This document shows, piece after piece, positions 50,319 to 63,762 of a stretch of 64,000 nucleotides of DNA; position 1 is the first letter of the stretch, and the number at the start of each line of letters is the position of its first letter. The stretch lies in NCBI GenBank assembly GCA_001029635.1, contig CP011209.1:350866-414865 (forward strand). The letters are read 5' to 3'. Both the position numbers and the translations under genes were made by a program. Under the pieces are notes generated by a model that ran no database searches, had not been told where the DNA came from, and saw nothing but the letters and a program-made list of their open reading frames with translations. The DNA is from Candidatus Wolfebacteria bacterium GW2011_GWB1_47_1 (GTDB lineage Bacteria > Patescibacteriota > Minisyncoccia > UBA6257 > UBA9933).

Positions 50319-51155
50319 ATGTCAGCACACGCAGAACCGACAACCCAACAGGAAGTATCGCACGAGGCGACGTTGTTTGCGGAACCTATCGCGCATGCGG
50401 GACCTTTTGTCATCACGAATTCATTGGTCATGAGCTGGGCTACCGTACTTGCGCTGGTTGTTGCGTTTATGTTTATCGGTAAGAAGATGCAGCGGGTTCC
50501 CAGGGGGTTGCAAAATATATTCGAGATCCTTTTGGAGCAGGCATTCGGACTCGCGGATACCGTTACCGGTAGTCGGGCGAAGAGTGAAAAGTTTCTGCCG
50601 ATTGTACTCGCCTTGTTCTTGTTTATTCTAATCAACAATTGGCTTGGACTATTGCCCGGAGTCGGTACCGTGGGGTTTGTGGAGACCGAGGGAGGGCATT
50701 CGGCATTTGTGCCGATCTTACGGGGAGGAACGGCGGACATCAATACGACCCTTGCCATATCGCTCTTTGCGGTCATTACATCTCATTTGTTTGGAGTCAT
50801 TTCCTTGGGTATCTGGAAGCACCTGAATAAATTCGTGAATATCCATGCATTTATGGAGATCCCGAAAAAAATTAAAGAGGACCCGGTTATCGTTCTGGTT
50901 AATCCAATCAAGGCCTTTGTCGGGATCATTGAGATGGTAGGGGAGCTCGCCAAGGTTGCATCGCTTTCTCTTCGATTGTTTGGGAACATCTTTGCGGGTG
51001 AAGTACTGCTTGCATCGATGATGGCCATCTTTGCCTTTATCCTCCCGCTCCCCTTCATGTTCATGGAGATCATCGTGGGTATGGTACAGGCGTTGGTGTT
51101 TTCTATTTTGACGCTGGCGTTTTTCGGGATAGCTACGAGTGCCGAAGAACACTAA
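50319..51155 (+). CDS. atpB: ATP synthase Fo subunit a
   Basis: SLSLRLFGNIFAGE, VQALVF. Confidence 0.95.
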   Translation: MSAHAEPTTQQEVSHEATLFAEPIAHAGPFVITNSLVMSWATVLALVVAFMFIGKKMQRVPRGLQNIFEILLEQAFGLADTVTGSRAKSEKFLPIVLALFLFILINNWLGLLPGVGTVGFVETEGGHSAFVPILRGGTADINTTLAISLFAVITSHLFGVISLGIWKHLNKFVNIHAFMEIPKKIKEDPVIVLVNPIKAFVGIIEMVGELAKVASLSLRLFGNIFAGEVLLASMMAIFAFILPLPFMFMEIIVGMVQALVFSILTLAFFGIATSAEEH

Positions 51156-51158
51156 GTG

Positions 51159-51283
51159 TAAAACTTGTGCCTTTAGCGAATTGCTTTGTTGCGGGGCCCC
51201 GGCACTGCGGTCGTCGTACCGGTAAGTACGCCTTCCTTATGCCGCTCCCGCGCCGCGCACTTCATCTAAAGGCAGAAGTTTTA
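51159..51283. repeat. Structured intergenic repeat, copy D
   Basis: Outer TAAAACTT.TGCCTTTAG/CTAAAGGCA.AAGTTTTA, GCGGG/CCCGC, GGCA/TGCC, CGTAC/GTACG. Confidence 0.8.
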
Positions 51284-51344
51284 AGGATATAAAAATAAAT
51301 TTATTTAATGAAGGACAAAAAGTATCGCCCATTCCGTTTTGTAA

Positions 51345-51720
<376 letters not shown>

Positions 51721-51744
51721 TCATAATTGCTTGTTTTATTTGCC

Positions 51745-52236
51745 ATGGAAGAATTAATCAAAACATTTCATATTGATTGGAAGTTGATCATCGCGCAGTT
51801 GGTCAATTTTGCGATCGTATTGTTTGTGCTTAAGCGGTATGCGTATGGTCCGGTACTCAAAATGATGACTGAACGAAGCGACAAGATAGAAAAAGGCATC
51901 AAGGACGCGGAGCATGCACATAAGAAGCTTGCTGAAATTGCCGACAAAGAAAAAGAGGTGTTGGTCGAGGCACGCAAGCAGGCGAGCGAGATCATTATCG
52001 CTGCAGAGGCTATTGCGCTCAAGAATAAGGAAGTGATCATCGCAGAGTCTAAACAACAGGCAGAGAAGATGCTTTCCGATGCCGCACGGAAAATGGAGGC
52101 TGAAAAAAACCAGATGATGCAGGAGATCCGCACACAGATTGCTGATCTAATTGTTATCGCAACAGAAAAAATCATCGATGAAAAGATGACTACCGACAAG
52201 GATAAGGTCATTATCAATAATGCAATCAACGGATGA
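51745..52236 (+). CDS. atpF: ATP synthase Fo subunit b
   Basis: IDWKLIIAQLVNF, coiled coil, operon position. Confidence 0.93.
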   Translation: MEELIKTFHIDWKLIIAQLVNFAIVLFVLKRYAYGPVLKMMTERSDKIEKGIKDAEHAHKKLAEIADKEKEVLVEARKQASEIIIAAEAIALKNKEVIIAESKQQAEKMLSDAARKMEAEKNQMMQEIRTQIADLIVIATEKIIDEKMTTDKDKVIINNAING

Positions 52237-52652
52237 AAACAACTTCCATACAATACGCACGGGCGCTGTTCGAGTCTACTACAGGAAAAGAGCCGCATGA
52301 AACTGACGCCATTATCGGCCGGTTTGCCGACCAGTTGCGACGCGACGGGCAGGTGAGTCGACTTGCATCCATTATTGCCTCATTTGAAATGCTGTGGAAC
52401 AAGGAATATGGCATTGTCGAAGCGATTGTTACAAGCCGTGATCGTTTGGATGATGCTACTCGAGCCAACATTATGCAATTTGTCATGCATCGCTATCGGG
52501 CGAAGCAGGTGGAGATTGTAGAACGCGTCGATGCGTCAATTCGAGGAGGTGTCGTTATTCGGGTGGGTGATGAGATACTGGACGGCAGTATCTCATCACA
52601 ACTTAAAAAATTGAAAAAGAATCTCGCCGGTACGGGCGTAACGCAATCATGA
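52233..52652 (+). CDS. atpH: ATP synthase delta subunit (short)
   Basis: [27 protein letters not shown]. Confidence 0.9.
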   Translation: MKTTSIQYARALFESTTGKEPHETDAIIGRFADQLRRDGQVSRLASIIASFEMLWNKEYGIVEAIVTSRDRLDDATRANIMQFVMHRYRAKQVEIVERVDASIRGGVVIRVGDEILDGSISSQLKKLKKNLAGTGVTQS

Positions 52653-54151
52653 ACAAAGACCATATCATCGAACAACTGAAAAAGCAGATCGAACAGTTTA
52701 CTCCCGGTACGGATGTCGAGCGGGTCGGCAATGTGATCGAAGTAGGTGACGGTATCGCGCGCGTAAGCGGACTTTCTTCTATTATGGCATCGGAAATGGT
52801 CGAATTTTCCAATGGCGAATTTGGCGTAGCGCTCAATCTTGAAGAGACTGTGGTCGGCATCATGGTGCTTGGTGATTATTTGCGCATCAAGGAGGGCGAT
52901 ACGGTGAAGTCCACCGGGAAGATTCTTTCCATCCCCGTGTCCGAAAAGATGGTCGGGCGTGTTATTGATCCGCTTGGCAATGCTGTAGATGGAAAGGGTG
53001 ATATCGTTTCCGATGTGTATTATCCGGTTGAAAAGATCGCTCCGGGTGTCATTACACGCAAGTCGGTGCATCAGCCGGTGCAGACGGGCATCAAGGCGAT
53101 CGACGCCATGATACCGATCGGACGCGGGCAACGCGAACTGATCATCGGTGACCGCCAAACCGGAAAGACTGCTATCGCGATCGATACGATCATTAATCAG
53201 AAAGGGCAAAACATGAAGTGTATTTATGTCGCCATCGGACAGAAGGAGTCAAAGATCGCGCGCATCGTGGGTGAGCTTGAGAAAAAAGGAGCCATGGAAT
53301 ACACCACGGTCATCGTGGCTGGCGCATCTGATAGTTCTGCGCTTTCGTTTATTTCCCCCTATTCGGGCTGCGCATTGGGAGAATATTTTATGGACAAGGG
53401 TGAGGATGTTCTTGTCGTTTTTGACGACCTTTCCCGACATGCGTGGGCGTATCGTCAGATCTCGCTCATTTTGAAGCGACCGCCGGGACGCGAAGCATAT
53501 CCGGGAGACGTCTTTTATTTGCACTCCCGTTTATTGGAGCGAAGCGCCAAGCTGAACGAAGATTACGGCGGTGGCTCCATGACGGCGTTGCCAATTATTG
53601 AAACGCAGGCAGGGGACGTATCGGCCTATATTCCAACCAACGTCATTTCTATTACCGATGGACAGATCTTCCTTGAATCTGATCTGTTTTATAAAGGCAT
53701 CCGACCGGCTTTGAACGTGGGTATTTCAGTATCGCGTGTCGGTTCCAGTGCCCAGATCAAGGCAATGAAGAAGGTTGCCGGCAAGTTGCGCCTCGATCTT
53801 GCCCAGTTTCGAGAACTTGAAGCGTTTGCACAGTTTGGATCTGATCTTGATGAGAAGACCCGGGCGCAGATCGAACGTGGACGTCGCACGGTTGAGATAT
53901 TGAAACAGGGACAGTACGAGCCGATGGCCGTTGAGCATCAGGTTGCGATCTTGTATGCGCTGACCAATGGATTTTTGGATGACGTGGCCGTCGACCAGGT
54001 CATTGCGTGGGAAAAGGCATTCCACTCCTATCTTAAATCGCAGGCACAGGAGGTTATTGATCTGATCACCAAGAAGAAGGAGCTTTCTGATGATGTCGTT
54101 GCGGCTCTCGAGAAGGCGATTATCGAGTTCAAAGAAACACAGCAGGGATAA
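52649..54151 (+). CDS. atpA: ATP synthase alpha subunit
   Basis: [30 protein letters not shown]. Confidence 0.97.
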   Translation: MNKDHIIEQLKKQIEQFTPGTDVERVGNVIEVGDGIARVSGLSSIMASEMVEFSNGEFGVALNLEETVVGIMVLGDYLRIKEGDTVKSTGKILSIPVSEKMVGRVIDPLGNAVDGKGDIVSDVYYPVEKIAPGVITRKSVHQPVQTGIKAIDAMIPIGRGQRELIIGDRQTGKTAIAIDTIINQKGQNMKCIYVAIGQKESKIARIVGELEKKGAMEYTTVIVAGASDSSALSFISPYSGCALGEYFMDKGEDVLVVFDDLSRHAWAYRQISLILKRPPGREAYPGDVFYLHSRLLERSAKLNEDYGGGSMTALPIIETQAGDVSAYIPTNVISITDGQIFLESDLFYKGIRPALNVGISVSRVGSSAQIKAMKKVAGKLRLDLAQFRELEAFAQFGSDLDEKTRAQIERGRRTVEILKQGQYEPMAVEHQVAILYALTNGFLDDVAVDQVIAWEKAFHSYLKSQAQEVIDLITKKKELSDDVVAALEKAIIEFKETQQG

Positions 54152-54232
54152 CGAAAAAGGAAAAAGGGAAAATGGGCAATTGTATTTGAGCCCCCCCTAT
54201 TTCCTATTCCGTTCTTAATTTTACACGCAATT

Positions 54233-56594
<2,362 letters not shown>

Positions 56595-56624
56595 TCCTAT
56601 CAATTTTAAATTTCAAATTAACGC

Positions 56625-57086
56625 ATGAGTTCGCAAATACAATTTAAAATCGTAACTCCCGAGGGTACCGTACATGAGAGTAGTGTCGACCAGGCGACTC
56701 TGCCTGTGGTTAGCGGACAGGTTACTATTCTCCCGGGGCATCGATCATACATCGCCGCACTTAAAGCGGGCGAGGTTGTGTTAAAAAAAGGGAGCGAGGA
56801 AACACATATTGCAACTTCGGGAGGATTCGTCGAGTTTAATAATAATACACTGGTGGTTCTTGCCGATACGGCAGAACGTGCGGATGCGATCGACATTGCC
56901 CGTGCCGAAGCTGCCCGTAAGCGTGCTGAAGCATTGAAGAAAGAGAAGGTTTCCATGAGTGAATTGGAATATGCCAAGGTTGCGGCCAGTATCGAGAAAG
57001 AAGCTGCGCGTATCCGCGTTGCGCGAAAGCATCGCACAAGGCATGGGGCGCATATCGAGCACGCCGATCAGTCCGATTCCATGTAA
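56625..57086 (+). CDS. atpC: ATP synthase epsilon subunit
   Basis: IVTPEG, ILPGH, SGGFVE, ID..RAE.A..RA. Confidence 0.93.
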   Translation: MSSQIQFKIVTPEGTVHESSVDQATLPVVSGQVTILPGHRSYIAALKAGEVVLKKGSEETHIATSGGFVEFNNNTLVVLADTAERADAIDIARAEAARKRAEALKKEKVSMSELEYAKVAASIEKEAARIRVARKHRTRHGAHIEHADQSDSM

Positions 57087-57112
57087 CGGGTAAGCCACTA
57101 CTTGGTATTATA

Positions 57113-57147
57113 AAAACCACCGTTGAAAAAGCAGCGGTGTTTTTTAT
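57113..57147. terminator. Terminator at the end of the atp operon (possibly bidirectional)
   Basis: AAAAAC-CACCGTTG...CAGCGGTG-TTTTTT. Confidence 0.6.
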
Positions 57148-57295
57148 TGTCCATCGCCAGGAGTCAAACCCCACGTAATTGATTGCCGATTTCAGTCAGC
57201 TGTTCTCGAAACATATCGACTTGCAGCCGATATGTTTTTCATTTTGTGCTGAGCGGAGTATACTGAATACGGTATACATCTAATACATATACGAT

Positions 57296-57553
57296 ATGTT
57301 ATTTGAATTTTACGGGGAAGAATGTTCTTTCTGTATTAAAATGAAGCCGCTCGTTGAGCGGCTCAAGAACGAGGAAAAGGTCGAGATCCAGTCATATGAG
57401 ACTTGGCATAATCCTGAGAATGTTAAAAAAATGCAGGAATACGACAAGGGTTTGTGCGGAGGGGTTCCTTTTTTCTTCAATACAGATACCGGCAAGCATA
57501 TCTGCGGAGGAACCGATTACGAGGCGCTCAAAAAATGGGCGACGGGGGAATAA
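57296..57553 (+). CDS. Thioredoxin/glutaredoxin-like protein
   Basis: CSFC (CxxC), CGGVPFF cis-Pro loop. Confidence 0.8.
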   Translation: MLFEFYGEECSFCIKMKPLVERLKNEEKVEIQSYETWHNPENVKKMQEYDKGLCGGVPFFFNTDTGKHICGGTDYEALKKWATGE

Positions 57554-57594
57554 TGTGGTATTATGAACATAATTAGTAATCACACACCACTTTT

Positions 57595-57987
57595 ATGGAT
57601 ACGAAAAAAGTAGTTCTTGTTGTTGATGATGTCCCCGAGATTATCGAGGTTATCACCACTGTGCTTTCACGGGATAATATCGAGTCGATCGTTGCAACGA
57701 GCGGGCATGAGGGTATCGATATGGCAAAGAAGCATAAGCCCAATCTGATCCTTCTTGATTTCAAAATGCCGGATATGGATGGTGCTGAAACGCTCCAAAA
57801 ACTTCGCCAAGATCCGGAAACAAAAGACATCAAGGTTATCTTTCTCACTGCGTTTGGCGATATCAAAAAGCTTGAAATGGAAATGGAGCCCGAGCATGCC
57901 GCAGTCATCGGCAATACCCCGGTCCTTCAAAAAGGAGGTGATATTGGCGTGTTGCGTGACACGATCCGCAAATATCTCGAAATGTAA
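57595..57987 (+). CDS. Single-domain response regulator (receiver)
   Basis: VLVVDD, LILLDFKMPDMDG, FLTA, K. Confidence 0.9.
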   Translation: MDTKKVVLVVDDVPEIIEVITTVLSRDNIESIVATSGHEGIDMAKKHKPNLILLDFKMPDMDGAETLQKLRQDPETKDIKVIFLTAFGDIKKLEMEMEPEHAAVIGNTPVLQKGGDIGVLRDTIRKYLEM

Positions 57988-57990
57988 AAC

Positions 57991-58014
57991 AAAACAGCCC
58001 TTAGGGCTGTTTTT
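57991..58014 (+). terminator. Intrinsic terminator
   Basis: AAAACAGCCC-tta-GGGCTGTTTTT. Confidence 0.7.
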
Positions 58015-58114
58015 GCTTTTACTGCAATATCTCAGGCGTTAACCAGCAGGAAGTCTATTTATTGTAAAAGGATTATTCCACCGTTATAATTAAGTCGTAG
58101 ATCTTAATACGATA

Positions 58115-59791
58115 ATGATACCGGATGAGCAATTAAAACAGGTCATAAAAGGTTTCGTTTCGGAGGAAGCGTTGGCCAATGCCGGCGAACTTGCCGCGCG
58201 GGAAAAGATCCCGTTATACGAATCCATCGTGAAGATGGACCTCATGTCCGACCGACATCTCGGTGGTCTTGTTGCCGAGTTTCTCACTATTCCATTTGTG
58301 CAACTTTCTGAAGTCGCCATTCCAAAGGATGTCTTGGATATTGTGCCCGAAGCGGTTGCCAGAAAGCAGGCTGTTATCGTTTTTAATAAAAATGCCGATG
58401 GATTGCATGTGGCAATGGCGGACCCTGACGCTATTGAAATTATAGAATTTATCAAAAAGAAGGCCGGGCTACCAGTTGTTATCTATTTTGCGACGCAGCG
58501 TGATATTGAAAATGCGATCGCACTCTATGCGAAGGATATAAGAGCGATCTTTGACGAGATTATCAAGGAGAACGTCGGAAAAATGCAAGGGAGCGGGTCC
58601 GCACCTGGTACAGATCTGCCGATCATCAAGATCGTTGATACGATCGTTTCTTACGCGTATCAAAATAAGGCTTCGGATATTCACCTTGAGCCTCAAATAA
58701 AAGGTTCGGTTGTTCGATTTCGCATCGACGGTGTTTTACATGACGTGATCACTATACCCTTGGAAATGCATCCCCAGATCGCTTCACGCATCAAGATACT
58801 TTCCAAGCTCCGTATCGATGAGCAGCAGGCAGCCCAAGATGGCAAATTTCAGTTCAGTACGTCTCGGGAAAAATTGGATGTCAGGGTTTCTGTCGTTCCG
58901 GTGACTGGTGGTGAAAAAATAGTCATGCGACTGTTGTCGGAACGGTCCAGGCAGTTTTCGCTTGAAAGTCTTGGATTTTCTGCGGAAAATTTAGAGAAAA
59001 CGAAGGTTGCGTATGCCAAGCCATATGGCATGATCCTTTCAACTGGACCTACTGGTTCCGGGAAGACCACTACTATGTACGCAATCTTGAAAATCCTCAA
59101 TCAGCGGGGTGTAAATATTTCGACCATTGAAGACCCTGTAGAATATGAAATGGAGGGCGTGAATCAGATCCAGGTCAATCCGAAGGCTAATTTGACCTTT
59201 GCGTCCGGTCTGCGCAGCATCTTGCGACAGGACCCAAATATTATTCTTGTGGGGGAGATACGCGATGAAGAAACTGCAGATATTGCGGTCGGCGCCGCCA
59301 TGACGGGTCATCTGGTTCTTTCGACGGTGCATGCAAACGATGCCGCTTCTGCTATTCCGCGTCTTTTGGATATGGGCGTCGAGCCTTACCTGCTTGCGTC
59401 AACAATCAATGTTATTATTGCTCAGCGGTTGGTTCGTAAGATCCACGCTCCTTGCCAGGTGAGCGAAGAAATACCCGCGGACGCAATCATACGACTTGTC
59501 GGAGCCGATGCGTATACCAAGGCATTCGGCGATAAGAAGACGGCATTCACCTATAGAGGGAAGGGGTGTAATCTTGATTATGGTATCGGTTATGAAGGTC
59601 GCGTCGGTATTTATGAAATATTGGTCATAAATGACGAACTTCGGGAGGCAATCATCTCCAAGAAGGACGCGGAGACGCTTAAAAAAATAGCAATCAAATC
59701 GGGCATGATAACCATGATGGAAGATGCGTTGGTAAAGGTTGCTGCCGGCGTTACCACGCTTGATGAATTGATGCGGGCCACGGAAGAATAA
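58115..59791 (+). CDS. pilB: Type IV pilus assembly ATPase PilB/GspE (full length)
   Basis: N-terminal domain (VAMADP), ASDIH, GPTGSGKT, LRQDPNIILVGEIRD. Confidence 0.9.
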   Translation: MIPDEQLKQVIKGFVSEEALANAGELAAREKIPLYESIVKMDLMSDRHLGGLVAEFLTIPFVQLSEVAIPKDVLDIVPEAVARKQAVIVFNKNADGLHVAMADPDAIEIIEFIKKKAGLPVVIYFATQRDIENAIALYAKDIRAIFDEIIKENVGKMQGSGSAPGTDLPIIKIVDTIVSYAYQNKASDIHLEPQIKGSVVRFRIDGVLHDVITIPLEMHPQIASRIKILSKLRIDEQQAAQDGKFQFSTSREKLDVRVSVVPVTGGEKIVMRLLSERSRQFSLESLGFSAENLEKTKVAYAKPYGMILSTGPTGSGKTTTMYAILKILNQRGVNISTIEDPVEYEMEGVNQIQVNPKANLTFASGLRSILRQDPNIILVGEIRDEETADIAVGAAMTGHLVLSTVHANDAASAIPRLLDMGVEPYLLASTINVIIAQRLVRKIHAPCQVSEEIPADAIIRLVGADAYTKAFGDKKTAFTYRGKGCNLDYGIGYEGRVGIYEILVINDELREAIISKKDAETLKKIAIKSGMITMMEDALVKVAAGVTTLDELMRATEE

Positions 59792-59799
59792 TTACCTGT

Positions 59800-60861
59800 A
59801 TGTCTATCGACTTTTTTTCAACCATAAGCGAACTTGACACGATCTTGTTTGCAAAACATTTGTCAGTCATGTCGCGCAGCGGTATTTCGCTTTCTGAATC
59901 CGTCGAGACGTTGATCGCGCAGACGGCATCACCGAAGTTCAAGAAGATACTCGAAGGCATCCTCGCCGATCTCGAGAATGGACAACCGCTTTCAAAGGCA
60001 CTTGTCCGACATCCAAAATTTTTTGGTGCATTTTATACGAATTTAATTGAGATTGGAGAGCGGTCAGGTAATCTTTCGCAAAATCTCGATTATCTTGCAA
60101 AGCAATTGGCGAAGAATCATGAGTTTCGAACGAAGATAAAGGGTGCGGCGATGTATCCCGCCATTGTGCTTTCACTAGCTATTGTCGTCGGAATCGGAGT
60201 GAGCGTATTCGCGTTGCCGAAGCTGGTCGATTTGTTTAGCGGGCTCGATGTTGTGCTACCGCTTAATACCAGAATATTGATCGCTATTTCGGTGGCGATG
60301 CGCGATTATGGATTACTGATCTTCGGTGTGTTGCTTGCGGCCATAGGAGGGGTTCGGATCTTACTGCGGCTTCATCCGGTGCGAATGGTTTGGCATATGC
60401 TTCTTCTGCGGCTTCCGATTGCGGGTCCGATCATAAAAAATACGCAGCTCGCGTTGATGTGTCGAGGTCTCGGCGCGATGATTGGAGGTGGCATCCCCAT
60501 TATTACCGCATTGCGAGTGCAGCGAGACAATACGAGTAATCTTGTGTATCAGACCCATCTGGATGGCATTATTAATGCAGTAAATGGTGGCGGTACGTTG
60601 TCGAGACAATTTTCCACGAAAGAACATAAGGATATTCCTCCGATCGTAGGTAAGGTTTTGGCGGCCGGGGAAAAGAGCGGTACCGTTGATGAATTACTGG
60701 TCTATCTAGGGGATCACTTTGAAGGAGAGGTTGATGAGGCGACCAAGCTAATTTCGATCATACTTGAGCCGCTCCTATTATTTATCATTACCACTATTGT
60801 TGGATTTATCGCCTTGTCTATTATTGCACCGATTTATCAATTGACGGGAAGTATTCAATAA
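59800..60861 (+). CDS. pilC: Type IV pilus platform protein PilC/GspF
   Basis: GERSGNL, AAMYP, GEKSG, LEP. Confidence 0.88.
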   Translation: MSIDFFSTISELDTILFAKHLSVMSRSGISLSESVETLIAQTASPKFKKILEGILADLENGQPLSKALVRHPKFFGAFYTNLIEIGERSGNLSQNLDYLAKQLAKNHEFRTKIKGAAMYPAIVLSLAIVVGIGVSVFALPKLVDLFSGLDVVLPLNTRILIAISVAMRDYGLLIFGVLLAAIGGVRILLRLHPVRMVWHMLLLRLPIAGPIIKNTQLALMCRGLGAMIGGGIPIITALRVQRDNTSNLVYQTHLDGIINAVNGGGTLSRQFSTKEHKDIPPIVGKVLAAGEKSGTVDELLVYLGDHFEGEVDEATKLISIILEPLLLFIITTIVGFIALSIIAPIYQLTGSIQ

Positions 60862-60910
60862 TGATCGTACACAGTGAGTAAATTACAATATCGATCATCG
60901 GCATAGCACT

Positions 60911-61429
60911 ATGAATCATAAAAAAAGACCCACGTTCTCACTGCGTAGCAAGAGGAGAGTATTCGTAACGGGTGTACGATTATGTCGCACGGGCAATGTC
61001 GTTACGGGGTTTACCCTGATTGAAATGGTTCTTGCAATCGCGCTCGTATTTTATATCGGGCTTCTTTCGACCGCATTCTATTCCGGATTTTATCTTCGCA
61101 ATGCCGCCAATATAGTTACGAAAGATCTTGCATTTAGCTTGCGTCAGGCTCAGGTATATAGTATGTCCGGCAGACAGGGGAGTGATTGGGGTGTCGCGCT
61201 TACGGACGATGCCATTATTATATTCAAGGGGTCTTCCTATGCGTCTCGCGCCACCACGTTCGATGAATCACATGCTATCCCTGTGACGCTTGTGGTGACC
61301 GGATTTAATGAGACTGTTTTTTCGCGCATAACCGGATACCCGAGTGCTACATCGACGGTCGTCATAACCGGTGCGGGGCGAACGCGGACCGTAGTGGTTA
61401 ACGAGCAGGGTATCGTAGATCAATACTAA
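60911..61429 (+). CDS. Minor pilin (FimT/GspH-like) with a long leader
   Basis: TG|FTLIEM; LRQAQ..S; F...TG; VNEQG. Confidence 0.8.
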   Translation: MNHKKRPTFSLRSKRRVFVTGVRLCRTGNVVTGFTLIEMVLAIALVFYIGLLSTAFYSGFYLRNAANIVTKDLAFSLRQAQVYSMSGRQGSDWGVALTDDAIIIFKGSSYASRATTFDESHAIPVTLVVTGFNETVFSRITGYPSATSTVVITGAGRTRTVVVNEQGIVDQY

Positions 61430-61431
61430 CT

Positions 61432-63234
61432 ATGAACCGCACGCATTATTTTCAAAGAGGTTTATCCGTTCTAGAGGCGATTCTCGCATCGGCACTTTTT
61501 GTACTCATCGCAACAGCTGTTGTTACATTATTACTACAAGGCTTGGGGAGTAATCGGCTAAGTAATGAACAGACGATTGCCAATCAATATGCCGCCGAAG
61601 GTATCGAAGCGGTGCGTAATATTCGGAATCGTTCATCGTATGCGGCACTTGCGACCACTACCGGTATTGGGGTCGACGCCAGTAGTGGTGTCTGGACACT
61701 CGGCGGTACCGATACCTTATTTGATAAATATACCCGCGTGATAACGATTGCCGATGTCTATCGCGATACTGATGGCAACATCGTCTTGAGTGGGGGCGTG
61801 TTTGATCCTAATACAAAGAAGGTGATTTCCACTGTGCGATGGAATGTGTCGTTATCCCGTTCTAATTCGATCGTGTTAATCGCGTATCTTACTAATTGGC
61901 GGGCTCCGATTGTATCATCTGGTGGTATGCTGATCTATGGCGATGGTGGAACGGTTGCCGATACGATTGCATATCGGATATTTGATGGAACCGCCTGGGG
62001 TGCGGCCGGCACCGTCGCTGATGTATCGACGGCAACGACTAATCGGGCTGCGCGAGCTGTTAAGGTTTATTCGTCCGCTGAGACAGGAGGAAAGGTTTTG
62101 CTGTCGCGGCATTATAACGGCACTACCCAATATATATATGGGCAGGTATATAATGCCACTACGACGACATGGGGTAATGTGCAGCTGTTGGCAAGTTGGA
62201 GTGGGTCGACTTATTTGGATGTGCAGAATTTCGACGGGACCTATTTGGAAAATGGTGCATTTATGGCCGTGTATTCGGATAATTCCAGGATTCCAAAGGT
62301 CAGAACATGGAATGGATCGGCATGGATGGCGCAATCGTCGATGACGAGCTTAGGAGCGCCGGTCCAGATTCCGAATTATATTGTTGCCAAAGCGCGACCG
62401 GGGACGAACGAGGTCATGGCAGTATTTTTTACGCAAGGGTTGGACACAATAACACAGTATTATAACGGGACTGCATGGTCCGCTGTTACAACCCATGCAG
62501 CTGTTGCTCCGGTGAGTACAAAGCGGTTTGTTGATTTTGCATGGAGTCTTAATGTGGATACAACCGGGATGCTTGTTTACGCGTTCGGGGTAAATGCAAA
62601 AGCGCTCTCCACTCGGGTCTGGGTTGCTAATGGAACGGGGAGTGGGGCGTGGGGGGCAACTATTGCTACGGCATCCCAGTCGGATACCGTTGGTGCAGTT
62701 TCTGTAGTTGCGCGTGCTGGCGCGAATGAATTTCATCTGTGTAATAAGAATTCGGCGTCGACACCTGCCCTAATATGTTATGCTGCGACGTTTGTCGGCA
62801 ATACTCCAATGATCGTCACGCCGGCAAATAATACTATTGCGGCAGCTACCGACGCGGGTATTGAGCGTAGCTATCATCTTGGGTTTGAGCGGTCAGGTTC
62901 CATCGGAATAGGCGTTTATTCGGACAATACTACCGTTGCGAAGTTGAAGAAATATGCTCCATCCATTAATACCTGGGATGTCGGTGCTACGCCTATTGCT
63001 GCCGCGCCGTATACGTTGGGATCGATCAAATCTGTGCGTGTCGCCGCTGCTTCGCAGAATGATGATATAATGCTATTGATCACCGATGGGAATCTTGATC
63101 TGTATAGCATCGTATGGGATGGGTCAGATGACGCACTTTCGACAAGCCCCCCGGGGAAGGCATTTGTACAGCACGGGCTGAATGGGTCTGCGCCAATTGA
63201 TCTTTGGTATGATTTTACTTGGGACTCACCGTAA
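61432..63234 (+). CDS. Pilin-like protein with a large C-terminal beta-propeller-like adhesin domain
   Basis: RG|LSVLEAIL, AAEGIEAVR, repeated (F/W/Y)(D/N)G(T/S)AW blades. Confidence 0.75.
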   Translation: MNRTHYFQRGLSVLEAILASALFVLIATAVVTLLLQGLGSNRLSNEQTIANQYAAEGIEAVRNIRNRSSYAALATTTGIGVDASSGVWTLGGTDTLFDKYTRVITIADVYRDTDGNIVLSGGVFDPNTKKVISTVRWNVSLSRSNSIVLIAYLTNWRAPIVSSGGMLIYGDGGTVADTIAYRIFDGTAWGAAGTVADVSTATTNRAARAVKVYSSAETGGKVLLSRHYNGTTQYIYGQVYNATTTTWGNVQLLASWSGSTYLDVQNFDGTYLENGAFMAVYSDNSRIPKVRTWNGSAWMAQSSMTSLGAPVQIPNYIVAKARPGTNEVMAVFFTQGLDTITQYYNGTAWSAVTTHAAVAPVSTKRFVDFAWSLNVDTTGMLVYAFGVNAKALSTRVWVANGTGSGAWGATIATASQSDTVGAVSVVARAGANEFHLCNKNSASTPALICYAATFVGNTPMIVTPANNTIAAATDAGIERSYHLGFERSGSIGIGVYSDNTTVAKLKKYAPSINTWDVGATPIAAAPYTLGSIKSVRVAAASQNDDIMLLITDGNLDLYSIVWDGSDDALSTSPPGKAFVQHGLNGSAPIDLWYDFTWDSP

Positions 63235-63236
63235 TT

Positions 63237-63755
63237 ATGCGCAAAGGATTTACTCTTATTGAAATATTGCTATACGTTACGTTATTAGCAATCATAATGG
63301 GTTCGATTTTGCCGATAGCACTCCAGATTATCAACACCGGAACCAAGAGTGGTGTCGCGCAGGAAGTGTATCACTCCGCACGATATGCGAGTGAGCGGAT
63401 TATGTACGAGATCAGGAACGCAAGCGGTCTCTATACCGCGAGCTCTACTTTTAACGCCAACCTTGCGACAACGGCTGGCGCGGCCTTGTATTTGGTCGGC
63501 TCTTCGTCTTCGACCGACCCTACGGTGATTACGGTTGCGACCGGAACCATTCGGATACAACAGGGTCTTCGTGCGCCGGTTGCATTAAATTCCATCGATT
63601 CATACGCGGAACAGCTAATCTTTTTGAATCATTCTACGAGTACCGCCACCAATATTGGCCTTACACTTACAATGAAAGCTGCCGCAACCTCTACCCGACA
63701 GGAATATAACGCGAGTACGACCATCGCTACGTCCGTTGAATTAAGAAGTAAATAA
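63237..63755 (+). CDS. Minor pilin (PilW-like)
   Basis: KG|FTLIEILLY, EIRNA. Confidence 0.8.
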   Translation: MRKGFTLIEILLYVTLLAIIMGSILPIALQIINTGTKSGVAQEVYHSARYASERIMYEIRNASGLYTASSTFNANLATTAGAALYLVGSSSSTDPTVITVATGTIRIQQGLRAPVALNSIDSYAEQLIFLNHSTSTATNIGLTLTMKAAATSTRQEYNASTTIATSVELRSK

Positions 63756-63762
63756 TATCCGT

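Noticed and set aside
57148-57180. tRNA/tmRNA 3'-end-like GGGGTTTGACTCC on the minus strand
   Set aside because: No proper T-stem, acceptor stem or CCA end.
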